Counted from the stretch's first letter, positions 29,063 to 37,614 are shown. The stretch: 64,000 nucleotides of DNA from Patescibacteria group bacterium (GCA_041650335.1 JBAZLK010000001.1:228940-292939), one strand, 5' to 3'. Made by a program: numbers and translations. The notes: generated from the sequence alone by a model not told the origin.

Positions 29063-30340
29063 ATGAAAAAAATCCTGCAACATGTTTTACGCACACTCGC
29101 TCGTCGCGTTTTGTTGCGCTACCGGCCGACGGTAATCGGCATCACCGGCAGCATCGGCAAGACATCGACCAAAGAAGCGATTTATACTGTCCTCCAGAAT
29201 CGTTATCGTTGCCGGCGCAATCAAAAAAACTATAATAACGAAATCGGCGTCCCGTTAACCATCCTCGGCACTGAGACGGGGAAAAAGAACCCGCTGGCCT
29301 GGCTGCGTATTATCGGACGTGGCCTATGGCTGGCCTACGGGAGCGCGGTCGATTATCCGAATACCATCATCCTTGAAATGGGCGCTGACCATCCCGGCGA
29401 CATTGCCTATTTGGTGAAATTCACCCGGCCGGTCATCGGCGTGGTCACGGCCGTCGGCCCGGTCCACCTCGAATATTTTTCAAAAATCGAACAGATCGCG
29501 CGCGAAAAGGGCAAGCTTATTTCCGCCTTGCCGGCGAACGGCGCGGCCATTCTAAACGCCGACGACGACTTAGTCGTCCCGATGCGCGAAAAAACAGCCG
29601 CCCACATTGTCACCTACGGTTTTGGCGAAGAAGCAATGGTTCGGGCGCACGACCTCCGGTATCGGTATGAAACCGGCCACGAAGTCTGGCTGGGCATCAG
29701 TTTTAAAGTAACGTATGCCGGCAGCACTTTTCCCGTGTCATTGCCTCATGTGCTTGGCAAGCATCAGGTCTATCCGGCTCTGGCAGCCCTGGCAGTTGGT
29801 TTTTGCCTAAAACTCAACGCCGTCGAGATCAGCGAATTGCTGCGGGAGTACCGTCCACCGGCCGGCCGGATGAACCTGATTCCGGGGCAGCGCCAAACGC
29901 AGCTGATCGATGATTCGTACAATTCGTCTCCGGCCGCGGCGATATCGGCGTTGAAAACACTCGCCCAACTGCCGCGGACAGGTCAAAAATATGCGCTGCT
30001 CGGTGATATGGCTGAGCTCGGTGCGTATACGATACAAGGACATCAAGAGGTCGGGGAGACTGCGGCAACGTGTGCAGACATTTTGGTTACGGTCGGTGAT
30101 CACGCCAAGCGTATGGCCGCTTCAGCCGCGGAAAAGGGTTTATCGAAGGATAATATCTTTTCGTTTAATACGGCTGAACAGGCCGGCGAGTTTATGCTGA
30201 CGCGCCTGAAGGCCGGCGATGTAATATTGATAAAAGGCTCGCAAGTGGCGCGCATGGAAAAAGCTGTGAAAGCGCTGATGGCCAAGCCAGATCGCGCGGC
30301 TGAGCTGCTTGTCCGGCAGGGGAGCGGCTGGGACAAATAA
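29063..30340 (+). CDS. murF: UDP-MurNAc-tripeptide:D-Ala-D-Ala ligase
   Basis: GITGSIGKTSTK, NNEIGVP, EMGA, DSYNSSP, LGDMAELG, IKGS. Confidence 0.95.
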   Translation: MKKILQHVLRTLARRVLLRYRPTVIGITGSIGKTSTKEAIYTVLQNRYRCRRNQKNYNNEIGVPLTILGTETGKKNPLAWLRIIGRGLWLAYGSAVDYPNTIILEMGADHPGDIAYLVKFTRPVIGVVTAVGPVHLEYFSKIEQIAREKGKLISALPANGAAILNADDDLVVPMREKTAAHIVTYGFGEEAMVRAHDLRYRYETGHEVWLGISFKVTYAGSTFPVSLPHVLGKHQVYPALAALAVGFCLKLNAVEISELLREYRPPAGRMNLIPGQRQTQLIDDSYNSSPAAAISALKTLAQLPRTGQKYALLGDMAELGAYTIQGHQEVGETAATCADILVTVGDHAKRMAASAAEKGLSKDNIFSFNTAEQAGEFMLTRLKAGDVILIKGSQVARMEKAVKALMAKPDRAAELLVRQGSGWDK

Positions 30341-30476
30341 TGAGTTTCGGATGATACAAAACGTTCAGGCGTTTTTTTATTTTATTCTCGTCGCGGAACA
30401 ACGAAATAGTCAGAATCATAAGTTGACGAAACGACCGAATCAAACTACTATGGTTGCGGCCGGAAAGGAGGCTCTC

Positions 30477-30713
30477 ATGAGGCTACGCGCGCTTTCGTCC
30501 ATCAAGCGGACGGGTCAAGGCCTTTTCCAGTGTCTGTGGATCATCGTTATCCTGCCGATCCTCTTAGCGAAAGAAGCGCGGGAGGAACGCGGGAGTGTGT
30601 ACGAAGGCTTTTCCCTCTGCGTTCTGTTCCTTCTTGTCTTGCCGGGCTATGCCGGCATGATCATGGCGATCCTGCATCCGTACCAGTTCCTTGCCTGGCT
30701 GGTCAACGGCTGA
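30477..30713 (+). CDS. Orphan small 2-TM protein
   Basis: TTGACG(30423)-17-TACTAT promoter; AAGGAGG RBS; perfect hairpin TGATCTGTTC-ACACC-GAACAGATCA-TTTT at the stop. Confidence 0.6.
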   Translation: MRLRALSSIKRTGQGLFQCLWIIVILPILLAKEAREERGSVYEGFSLCVLFLLVLPGYAGMIMAILHPYQFLAWLVNG

Positions 30714-30809
30714 TCTGTTCACACCGAACAGATCATTTTAATTGGACTTTACAGGGATTAATCATGCGCTATACTATAGCCGTCGTAAGAATTAAAGACG
30801 GCGCTCCAT

Positions 30810-31811
30810 ATGGCGTTTAAACGCCCGAAAATCTGCCTCCTGTTCTGCGGCGGCTCGACCCTGGTCGGCCATGACAATGCGTTGATTGAGGTGACAAAAA
30901 AGTCGGATATTGAACCGTGGCTGGCGGAAGCCTCCGAGCTGGCAATTCTGGCTGACGTGCAGACGGTTTTTGTGTATGGCGATGACCGGAAGACGGTGGC
31001 CGTCGAAACCTGGATCGCCCTGGCGAAGGAAATCCAGAAGCGCTATCAGACCTTCGACGGTTTTGTGATCACACATAACTTCGACTCGATTATCTATACC
31101 GGCGCAGCCCTGAGCTTTATGCTCCGCAACCTCGGCAAACCCGTAGTTCTGACCGGCGCGCAAGAGACCAGCACAGCCGGACCAGCGATCGCCGACCGAT
31201 ACCACGCGCTAGGTATTCGGGCGAACCTTATCAATGCCATCCAGGTCGCGACCCTGAACATTGCCGAGGTTAGCATTATGTATGGCAACGTTCTTTTGCG
31301 AGCGACGCAGACGGTGCGGGCGGCCGGGGCCAAGGGCGAGCTGACCGCCTGGCTCGGCGATAATCTGGGCGAAGTCGATTTCGGGATAAAGCTGTCGGAG
31401 CAGCGTCAACACCGGCAAGGCAGCGCGCTCTTGCTCAGGCCGGAAATCGAAAAGAACGTATTCATGATGCATGTCTACCCGGGTTTTGACCTCAAGGCCA
31501 ATCTTGAGCTTTTAAGCCCGGCCTTGAGAGGGATCATCGTCAGGGCGACTGACGTTATTTTACAGCCCGAAGAGTACGCCGTGCTGGAAGACTTTAGCCA
31601 GCGCCGGCGCAGCCCGGTTTTTCTCCTGGCCGATGCCGAGGCGCCGATTCCAAAAAAAACAAAACTAATCGTGCTGCCACCGATGCTTCCGGAAATTGCC
31701 CTCACAAAGGTGATGTGGGCGCTCGGCCAGAACCATTCACGCGCCGAACTCCGGCAACGGATGAATGAAAATATCGCCCACGAAATTCTTATCCCGCCGG
31801 AAAAACCATGA
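30810..31811 (+). CDS. Asparaginase/glutaminase-fold protein with degenerate active site
   Basis: CGGST in place of TGGT, DGFVITHNFDS in place of DGFVVTHGTDT, KPVVLTGAQ, ANLINA, TKVMWALG. Confidence 0.85.
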   Translation: MAFKRPKICLLFCGGSTLVGHDNALIEVTKKSDIEPWLAEASELAILADVQTVFVYGDDRKTVAVETWIALAKEIQKRYQTFDGFVITHNFDSIIYTGAALSFMLRNLGKPVVLTGAQETSTAGPAIADRYHALGIRANLINAIQVATLNIAEVSIMYGNVLLRATQTVRAAGAKGELTAWLGDNLGEVDFGIKLSEQRQHRQGSALLLRPEIEKNVFMMHVYPGFDLKANLELLSPALRGIIVRATDVILQPEEYAVLEDFSQRRRSPVFLLADAEAPIPKKTKLIVLPPMLPEIALTKVMWALGQNHSRAELRQRMNENIAHEILIPPEKP

Positions 31812-32404
31812 AGATATACTATTTTGCCAGCCAAAGCGAGAAGCGCGCCAATCGGGATAACCAAGCCCGGATCAAAAAGCTGCTTGAGCAGGCCGGCTTG
31901 GTCGTCTTAACCAATCTCCAGGCGGGCAGCGATATCGCCACAAGCTTGCGACAGCGGGCGAACGAGCTCGGCCAAAGCATGCTGGACCAGATGGATGCCA
32001 TCGTGATCGAGGGGTCGGGCAGCGATCCGGAAATCGGGTATTTGCTCGCCTATGGCATTTCAGCCAAGAAGCCAACGCTCTATTTCATCGAGCAGGGGAG
32101 CCAAGCGAACAATCCCTTAGTTTTTCTAGCCACGAAGAATATTCCGAGCCACGTTATTGTGAAGGCCTACACCGCGGCCACGCTTGATACGGCGTTTTAT
32201 GAAATGCTCGGCCGTCTCGAGAACCAGGAATTTACCGAGGCGCCGACGATCAAATTTACCCTCCGGATCACCCATCTGATCGAACAGTATTTGCACTGGA
32301 AAACGCACAACACAAAAATGACAAAGGCTGATTATCTGCGGCGCTTGATCGAAGAGGTGATGAAGAAAGACGAATCGTTTCGCAAATATAAAAAGCACGG
32401 CTAA
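31808..32404 (+). CDS. Nucleoside 2-deoxyribosyltransferase-like domain fused to ribbon-helix-helix DNA-binding domain
   Basis: MKIYYFAS...DAIVIEGS...IGYLLAYGISAKKPTL (NDT fold); C-terminal FTLRI...TKADYLRRLI (RHH). Confidence 0.7.
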   Translation: MKIYYFASQSEKRANRDNQARIKKLLEQAGLVVLTNLQAGSDIATSLRQRANELGQSMLDQMDAIVIEGSGSDPEIGYLLAYGISAKKPTLYFIEQGSQANNPLVFLATKNIPSHVIVKAYTAATLDTAFYEMLGRLENQEFTEAPTIKFTLRITHLIEQYLHWKTHNTKMTKADYLRRLIEEVMKKDESFRKYKKHG

Positions 32405-32453
32405 AAAATATCGTAACGATTAACGGCGTGAAGCGATTCAGGCTGTTTTTTTA

Positions 32454-32481
32454 TTGACAGCCACGTCATGTTTGCTAAACT
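32454..32481 (+). promoter_or_regulatory. sigma70-type promoter of ssb
   Basis: TTGACA(32454)-16-TAAACT with an extended TGn. Confidence 0.65.
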
Positions 32482-32494
32482 TGTAGTAGGGAAT

Positions 32495-32598
32495 AGCGCC
32501 GTCGCATAAATCAGCGCCGTCGCAGTTACAACCCAGGCGCTGGCTGCGACCGATGGTTAGGAAGGATATCATCGCCGTCGCACGAGAGAGCCGTCGCT
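32495..32598 (+). repeat. Four GCCGTCGC direct repeats in ssb leader
   Basis: AGCGCCGTCGCA at 32495 and 32513, ATCGCCGTCGCA at 32571, AGAGCCGTCGCT at 32587. Confidence 0.9.
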
Positions 32599-32658
32599 CA
32601 GTCCTGGGGATAGCGCGTTGAAATGCAGAAAGTCGGCCGGGAGCACGTACGAGGCACT

Positions 32659-33078
32659 ATGAATTTAAACAAAGTCAGCCTCATCGGAAATTTGACTCGT
32701 GAACCGATGAGCCGAACCCTGCCGTCTGGCCAGTCAGTCACGAATTTCGGCCTGGCCACCAATCACATCTGGTGGGACGCGAAATCAAAAGAAAAAAAAG
32801 AAAGCGCAGAATTTCACAATATTGTCGCCTGGGGCAAGCTCGGCGAGATCTGCGGGAAGTATCTCAAAAAGGGGAGTAAGGTCTATATCGAGGGCCGTCT
32901 CCAGACGCGCGCCTGGACCGATCGAGCCGGCGCCAAGCGTTCCCGGACCGAAGTGATCGCGGAAAATCTGATCATGCTCGGCCACCTCGGCTCAAAAAAA
33001 GAAGAACAGGCCGAAGCCAAGAAACAAGAGCTCCTGGCGAAAGAAGAGGTTGATGTCCGGCAAGTACCGGTTGAATAG
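32659..33078 (+). CDS. ssb: Single-stranded DNA-binding protein (short, without DDDIPF tail)
   Basis: MNLNKVSLIGNLTREP, EFHNIVAWGKL, KGSKVYIEGRLQTRAW. Confidence 0.95.
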   Translation: MNLNKVSLIGNLTREPMSRTLPSGQSVTNFGLATNHIWWDAKSKEKKESAEFHNIVAWGKLGEICGKYLKKGSKVYIEGRLQTRAWTDRAGAKRSRTEVIAENLIMLGHLGSKKEEQAEAKKQELLAKEEVDVRQVPVE

Positions 33079-33125
33079 GTAACAACGATAAGCAACACGT
33101 TCTTTTTAACCAAACCGTTTGCTGC

Positions 33126-33205
33126 TTGCTCGCCTCGTCCTCAGACCCTAGTGGAAGCCAACCCGTCCTCTGGTTTTCACTGGCGGGAGAAGATCAGGCG
33201 GGCAA
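33126..33205 (+). ncRNA. Candidate structured RNA hairpin in ssb 3' region
   Basis: 10-bp stem 33126-35/33196-205 and 13-bp stem 33148-60/33171-83, both with G-U pairs valid only on the + strand. Confidence 0.5.
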
Positions 33206-33240
33206 CCAGGAGTCGGCTTGGCTATAGGTAATTATCATCG

Positions 33241-33262
33241 ACGGGCTAAAAGCCCGTTTTTT
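33241..33262 (+). terminator. Intrinsic terminator
   Basis: ACGGGCT-AAA-AGCCCGT-TTTTT. Confidence 0.8.
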
Positions 33263-33265
33263 AAT

Positions 33266-33433
33266 CACTTCTTTTCTGTCCGTCTTCCACTTAATTAATA
33301 AGACAAGTCTCCCTGCCGTCTTTTCCCCGAACCGCTCATCCTGGCGGATTCGGGTTCAGGGCTTCGCCCCGTACCCGAGTCTGCTTTGCGGCGAACGGTA
33401 TGGGGTTTCTGGGAGGCGGACAGGAAAGAGGTG
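33266..33433 (+). ncRNA. Candidate ~170-nt rod-shaped structured RNA
   Basis: 24-bp closing stem 33266-89/33410-33 (4 G-U); inner stems 33325-34/33396-405 and 33343-55/33373-85. Confidence 0.55.
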
Positions 33434-33494
33434 AACGCAAATGAAAAGCTTACCCTAGGGTAAGCTCGAGACAGGACAGAGCGATAGGAAGGAA

Positions 33495-33752
33495 TCAGGC
33501 CGGCGGCGTGACAGCAGTGAATAGGTAGGAGGGGTACCAGCGTCCGTTCAAGCCGGCCAGTCTGACGATCTGGAAAGTCAGCGGCATGCAGCAGCAATCG
33601 TATGACGAAGGGCAACCTGGCCAGTGTTCATCGTCCGTGTCGGTATCGACCTCCGTCACCCGAAATCGCCCATCAGGCGGAGCGCTTAAGAGGTCTTGCA
33701 CCTCGGCCTGGCTTTCATCAGCCAATCTGACTAGCTGTCCGACTTGCAGCAT
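33495..33752 (-). CDS. Orphan small protein (SH3/KOW-like beta pattern, Cys cluster)
   Basis: RBS CCACGGAGGT; MLQVGQLVRL...CPSSYDCCC. Confidence 0.55.
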   Translation of the reverse strand: MLQVGQLVRLADESQAEVQDLLSAPPDGRFRVTEVDTDTDDEHWPGCPSSYDCCCMPLTFQIVRLAGLNGRWYPSYLFTAVTPPA

Positions 33753-33947
33753 GTTTCCATACCTCCGTGGAGTAAAGGCAAGGGAAAGGGCGAGCATTTA
33801 GAAACCGTATGATACTATCATACACTTTATTAAAACATTAATAAAGCCCAATTATCCACAATATATTTGGCTTTTGTTAGCCAAACTATTAATATTAAAA
33901 AATCCGCCCAGGCTGTCAGGCCAAGGCGGGGCATAGTTGTGTCAGGT

Positions 33948-35312
33948 TCACGGAGCGACGAGGTGGGTTGTGCCGTCCCAGAACGCCAGCTTCAGGTGGC
34001 CGTCTCCCCAGTACTGAAGGCGGTCATTGCCAGGCAGCCAGAGCGGCCCGCCCGCATAGGTATCCGGTAGGCGGCGGCGGTCCCACAGTCCGACGGTACC
34101 GAGGTAGAGCCCGCGCTGGTCGCCAGACTCAGCAAACGCGTATCTGGTCCGGTCGGGTGAGTAGGCGACAGAAGTCAGATTCGCCGTCACTACCACTTTT
34201 CCGCCGGTTCCGGAGAGCGGATCCACCCAGTAAATGCCGTAGAAGTCGGCCCAGAGGAGTATTTCAGGCGCCACCCAGCAAAGCTGCAGCGACGCATTCT
34301 GGAGGGTGCTAATTCTCATGTAAACGGTGTGAACATCGCTCCCGTCGATGCGCATGACGCGGATGATGGCCTGGGTTCCGTACGAATGGTTAACGAAAGC
34401 GATCAGCGAGTCGCCCGGCGAAAACGTCGGGTTGTGGTCGTAGACGAAGCCCTGCGTCTGATAGATCCTCCGCACGACGTTCGAGGGCGCGTCGTACAGA
34501 TAGATTCCGTCGACATAGGCGCCAAAGGCGAGCCGGTCGCCGGAATTCGACCAGACGTAGTCGTCGCTGGCGTGCGGATTCGGAATCTCCGTCCTGATGC
34601 TGCCGTCCCGGTTCGCGATCACGATGCTGTTGTTTGCTGACGTGTAGGCGACATACTGGCCGTTGGGCGACACCCGGTACAAGCCCAGGTTGCTCAAGCC
34701 GGAAGCCAGCACGCCCCACTCAATTCCGTCGGCTCTGATGAGGAACAGCTTGTCGCCGCGGACCTGGGTGAGCATGATGTCCGGGCAGGGCTCGAACGTG
34801 GCCGAGACCGTGGTCGTGTCTTCGCCGGATAGGGTAACCGTCTCGAAGTGCGGGTAGTAACCAGGTAGGCGAAGATACACGTCGCACTTGTCATCGTAGC
34901 CGAGGGGGACGTCGGGAACGATCGCCGGCGTCATGACGGACAGAAGCGTGTCGTTCAGCATGATGTACGCCTGGGGCGGGTTTGACAGCAGGCGCAGGAT
35001 GGCCGGCCGGTGTTCCGAGAAGCTGTGGTACACGGCGGGATTGGCCGAAGCGCTGACTGCGACCGTCTCGGCGTGCGCGTAGTAGCCGTGGATCGTGAAG
35101 GTAACGACATGGTCGCCGTAGTCGACGCCGGCAAGCTCGGCATCCGTCACCAGGCCGGTGTCGATGCCGTCGAGCCAGATGGCCGCGCCTACTGGCAAGG
35201 AACGGCAGTCGATGGTGCCGTGCTTCTCGGGTTCGGTTCCGTTCTGGCTGCAACCGGCAAAGGTGAGAACAAGCGCGGCGCAGATGAAGAGAATGGCCGG
35301 GGAAGTTTTCAT
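33948..35312 (-). CDS. Lipoprotein with two PEGA domains and TolB-like beta-propeller
   Basis: Lipobox-like FAG|C; SLPVGAAIWLDG and SNPPQAYIMLN PEGA motifs; SPNG/WSNSG/FSPGD/YSPD PD40-like repeats; GC-rich; AAGGAG RBS. Confidence 0.85.
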   Translation of the reverse strand: MKTSPAILFICAALVLTFAGCSQNGTEPEKHGTIDCRSLPVGAAIWLDGIDTGLVTDAELAGVDYGDHVVTFTIHGYYAHAETVAVSASANPAVYHSFSEHRPAILRLLSNPPQAYIMLNDTLLSVMTPAIVPDVPLGYDDKCDVYLRLPGYYPHFETVTLSGEDTTTVSATFEPCPDIMLTQVRGDKLFLIRADGIEWGVLASGLSNLGLYRVSPNGQYVAYTSANNSIVIANRDGSIRTEIPNPHASDDYVWSNSGDRLAFGAYVDGIYLYDAPSNVVRRIYQTQGFVYDHNPTFSPGDSLIAFVNHSYGTQAIIRVMRIDGSDVHTVYMRISTLQNASLQLCWVAPEILLWADFYGIYWVDPLSGTGGKVVVTANLTSVAYSPDRTRYAFAESGDQRGLYLGTVGLWDRRRLPDTYAGGPLWLPGNDRLQYWGDGHLKLAFWDGTTHLVAP

Positions 35313-35569
35313 GGAGAGGCTCCTTTCATCACCCGCGACGCGGGGCTGAAGGTGGAGGAACTAGGTTTTCGAAACAGCGAAAGAGCTCGTAAATGTAGCA
35401 CCGGGGTAAAGGGCAGTCAAGGCTGTATTATTTGGTAAAATACCGAAATTTGGGTGGACAATATATGGCTTGAGAGAGTATATTTTTAAGAGGAGTTCGG
35501 ATAATAATGAGTTAAGTGAGATAGTTTCGGGTGTTTGGAATGATATATTTCTAGAATACTAATTCATAT

Positions 35570-36100
35570 ATGAGGATAATTACCTTACCACAACTTCATC
35601 AAACTTATGATTATGATTGCGGAGCAAAAGCTTTACAGGCTGTTTTAGTTTATTATGGTATTGAAGTCAGAGAAGACTACATTATTAAATCAGCAGGAAC
35701 CTCAAAAGATGGGACATCAATCCGGGGAATAATAAAAGTTGCCCAGAGCCATGGATTAAAAACCGATTCTAGACAAATGACGATTAATGATATTAAAGGA
35801 TATATTCAAAAGAAGATTCCGGTAATTATTGTTTTGCAAGCATGGGCAGAAAAGAAGAAGGTTAACTGGGAAAATGATTGGATTGATGGTCATTATGTTG
35901 TGGCAGTTGGTTATACAAACGACAGAATACTTTTTGAAGATCCTTATTCTTTTGTGCGCACTTATTTAAAATACGATGAGTTAGAGAAAAGATGGCATGA
36001 TGTTGATACAGATGGAAAAACAAATTTCCATCATGGCATTGCTATATTGGAAAGAGACCACAGTTTAAAAGAGACAAAGTTGTGCATATGGATTAATTAG
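35570..36100 (+). CDS. C39-family cysteine peptidase-like protein
   Basis: QTYDYDCG, GHYVV, FEDP triad pattern; AT-rich. Confidence 0.85.
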   Translation: MRIITLPQLHQTYDYDCGAKALQAVLVYYGIEVREDYIIKSAGTSKDGTSIRGIIKVAQSHGLKTDSRQMTINDIKGYIQKKIPVIIVLQAWAEKKKVNWENDWIDGHYVVAVGYTNDRILFEDPYSFVRTYLKYDELEKRWHDVDTDGKTNFHHGIAILERDHSLKETKLCIWIN

Positions 36101-36177
36101 CCCGAAAAAATACTTGCTTCACTCCACGGCATATGAGACACAAACGTTAGGTCAAACAAATCTCTAATCCCTAGAAA

Positions 36178-36750
36178 ATGCCAGACCAAAACGCGTTAAT
36201 TAAAAAGACTCGCGAGTTTGTAAAGAAGGCGTTTCAGGACAAGCCGCACTACAGCTTCAATCATTGGTCAGTGATGTACAACCACAGCGTCAATGTTCAG
36301 AAGCTGGCTCTGAAAATTGCCGACGAAATCCATTGTGACAAAGTGGTCGTGGCAATCAGCGCCCTGTTGCATGATATCGGCAAAACATTTAAAGCCGATG
36401 AAATGACGCTGCACAAGGAACACGAAAATTATAATTTGGTAATGGCTGAAGCTTTTTTGAACGGCCTGGCCCTACCAGAAGCCACTTTGCATGCGATTCG
36501 CAAAATCATTTCTTACAAATCAGACTCGGTTGAGATGAAGGTTGTAGATGATGCCGACACGCTCGCGTTCTACCAGGACAAAAAACTTCATATGCTATGG
36601 ATTGCCTGGGCGAGCGAGCGCCAGATGGAAACTGATATTGGCAAGAAGATCAATAAATACGAACGCCTTAATTTCGACATCAGCCGGCGTTTAGGAAAAC
36701 CGTGGTTCGAGCAGACCAAAAAGGACTGGGAGGCGTATCGGAATAATTAA
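36178..36750 (+). CDS. HD domain phosphohydrolase
   Basis: NHS...ALLHDIGK...H...DAD. Confidence 0.85.
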   Translation: MPDQNALIKKTREFVKKAFQDKPHYSFNHWSVMYNHSVNVQKLALKIADEIHCDKVVVAISALLHDIGKTFKADEMTLHKEHENYNLVMAEAFLNGLALPEATLHAIRKIISYKSDSVEMKVVDDADTLAFYQDKKLHMLWIAWASERQMETDIGKKINKYERLNFDISRRLGKPWFEQTKKDWEAYRNN

Positions 36751-36772
36751 TCACCTAGTTCGTACGAATACA

Positions 36773-37339
36773 ATGCCAAAACCATTGCTGATCATAATTT
36801 CGGGCAAGCCCGGCACAGGTAAGACAACCCTGGGCAAAAAAATCGCCAAGGAATTTCATCTGCCTTTCATCAGCAAGGACGCCATCAAGGAATCCCTGTT
36901 TGACGACCTGGGCTGGAGCGACCGCGCCTGGTCGAGAAAACTTGGCGTCGCCACGTATTCACTTCTGTACTATTTCATCGAGTCGCTGTTATCGGCCGGG
37001 GTGTCGTTCATTGCCGAGAGCAATTTCAAACCAGAATTGGCCAACGAAACCTTTCAGGCACTGAAGAAAAAACACGGTTTTAAGCTGTTACAGATCATGT
37101 GCGAAACTAAAGGGGAGGTACTGTTTGAACGGTTTAAGGCGCGCACGGAGTCTGGTGAGCGCCATCCCGGACACGTCGACCATTTAAATCTGGACGAGTT
37201 CAAAGAGATGCTATTGAAGGGCGGACACGAACCCCTAGATATCGGCGGCCAGGTGTACCGCCTTGATACGACCGATTTCAACTCGATTGATTACAAAAAA
37301 TTGTTCAGCGCGATTAAATCAGCTCTCATTAGAAAATAA
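36773..37339 (+). CDS. P-loop kinase (AAA_33-like)
   Basis: ISGKPGTGKTT, SKDAIKE, ESNF, RHPGH. Confidence 0.85.
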   Translation: MPKPLLIIISGKPGTGKTTLGKKIAKEFHLPFISKDAIKESLFDDLGWSDRAWSRKLGVATYSLLYYFIESLLSAGVSFIAESNFKPELANETFQALKKKHGFKLLQIMCETKGEVLFERFKARTESGERHPGHVDHLNLDEFKEMLLKGGHEPLDIGGQVYRLDTTDFNSIDYKKLFSAIKSALIRK

Positions 37340-37349
37340 GCTAGTCAAA

Positions 37350-37378
37350 TAAAAACCCGCCGTAACAGCGGATTTTTA
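37350..37378 (+). terminator. Intrinsic terminator
   Basis: TAAAAACCCGC-CGTAACA-GCGGATTTTT. Confidence 0.65.
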
Positions 37379-37614
37379 TATGGCTCGCAAATATTATTTC
37401 TTCAGCGGGTCGTGTTGAGTTTATAAGCTATCCCAAGAGATGATTTGGCGTGGCAAAGAAAATGTCACTCGGATCATTAAGATATTTCTTGCTTGTCAAA
37501 ATTTGTTTACCCAAATTAAAACGGACAGCCCTGGTGCGGACGGATGTCCGTACGAAGCTGCCCGGCCGGCGTGGCCACCCTAGGCGGGTGTCAGCCGGCG
37601 GCCGTGGTGGAAGG

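Noticed and set aside
32495-32598. GCCGTCGC repeats as a mini CRISPR array
   Set aside because: Repeats are only 8-12 nt, spacing is irregular (18, 58, 16 nt) and no cas genes are present.
33310-33425. SRP (4.5S) RNA
   Set aside because: Size fits, but the conserved domain IV GNRA loop and AGCAG motif are absent.
36100-36177. Integron attC site before the HD gene (GTTAGGT fits GTTRRRY)
   Set aside because: No matching RYYYAAC inverse core or palindromic arms, and no integrase in the window.
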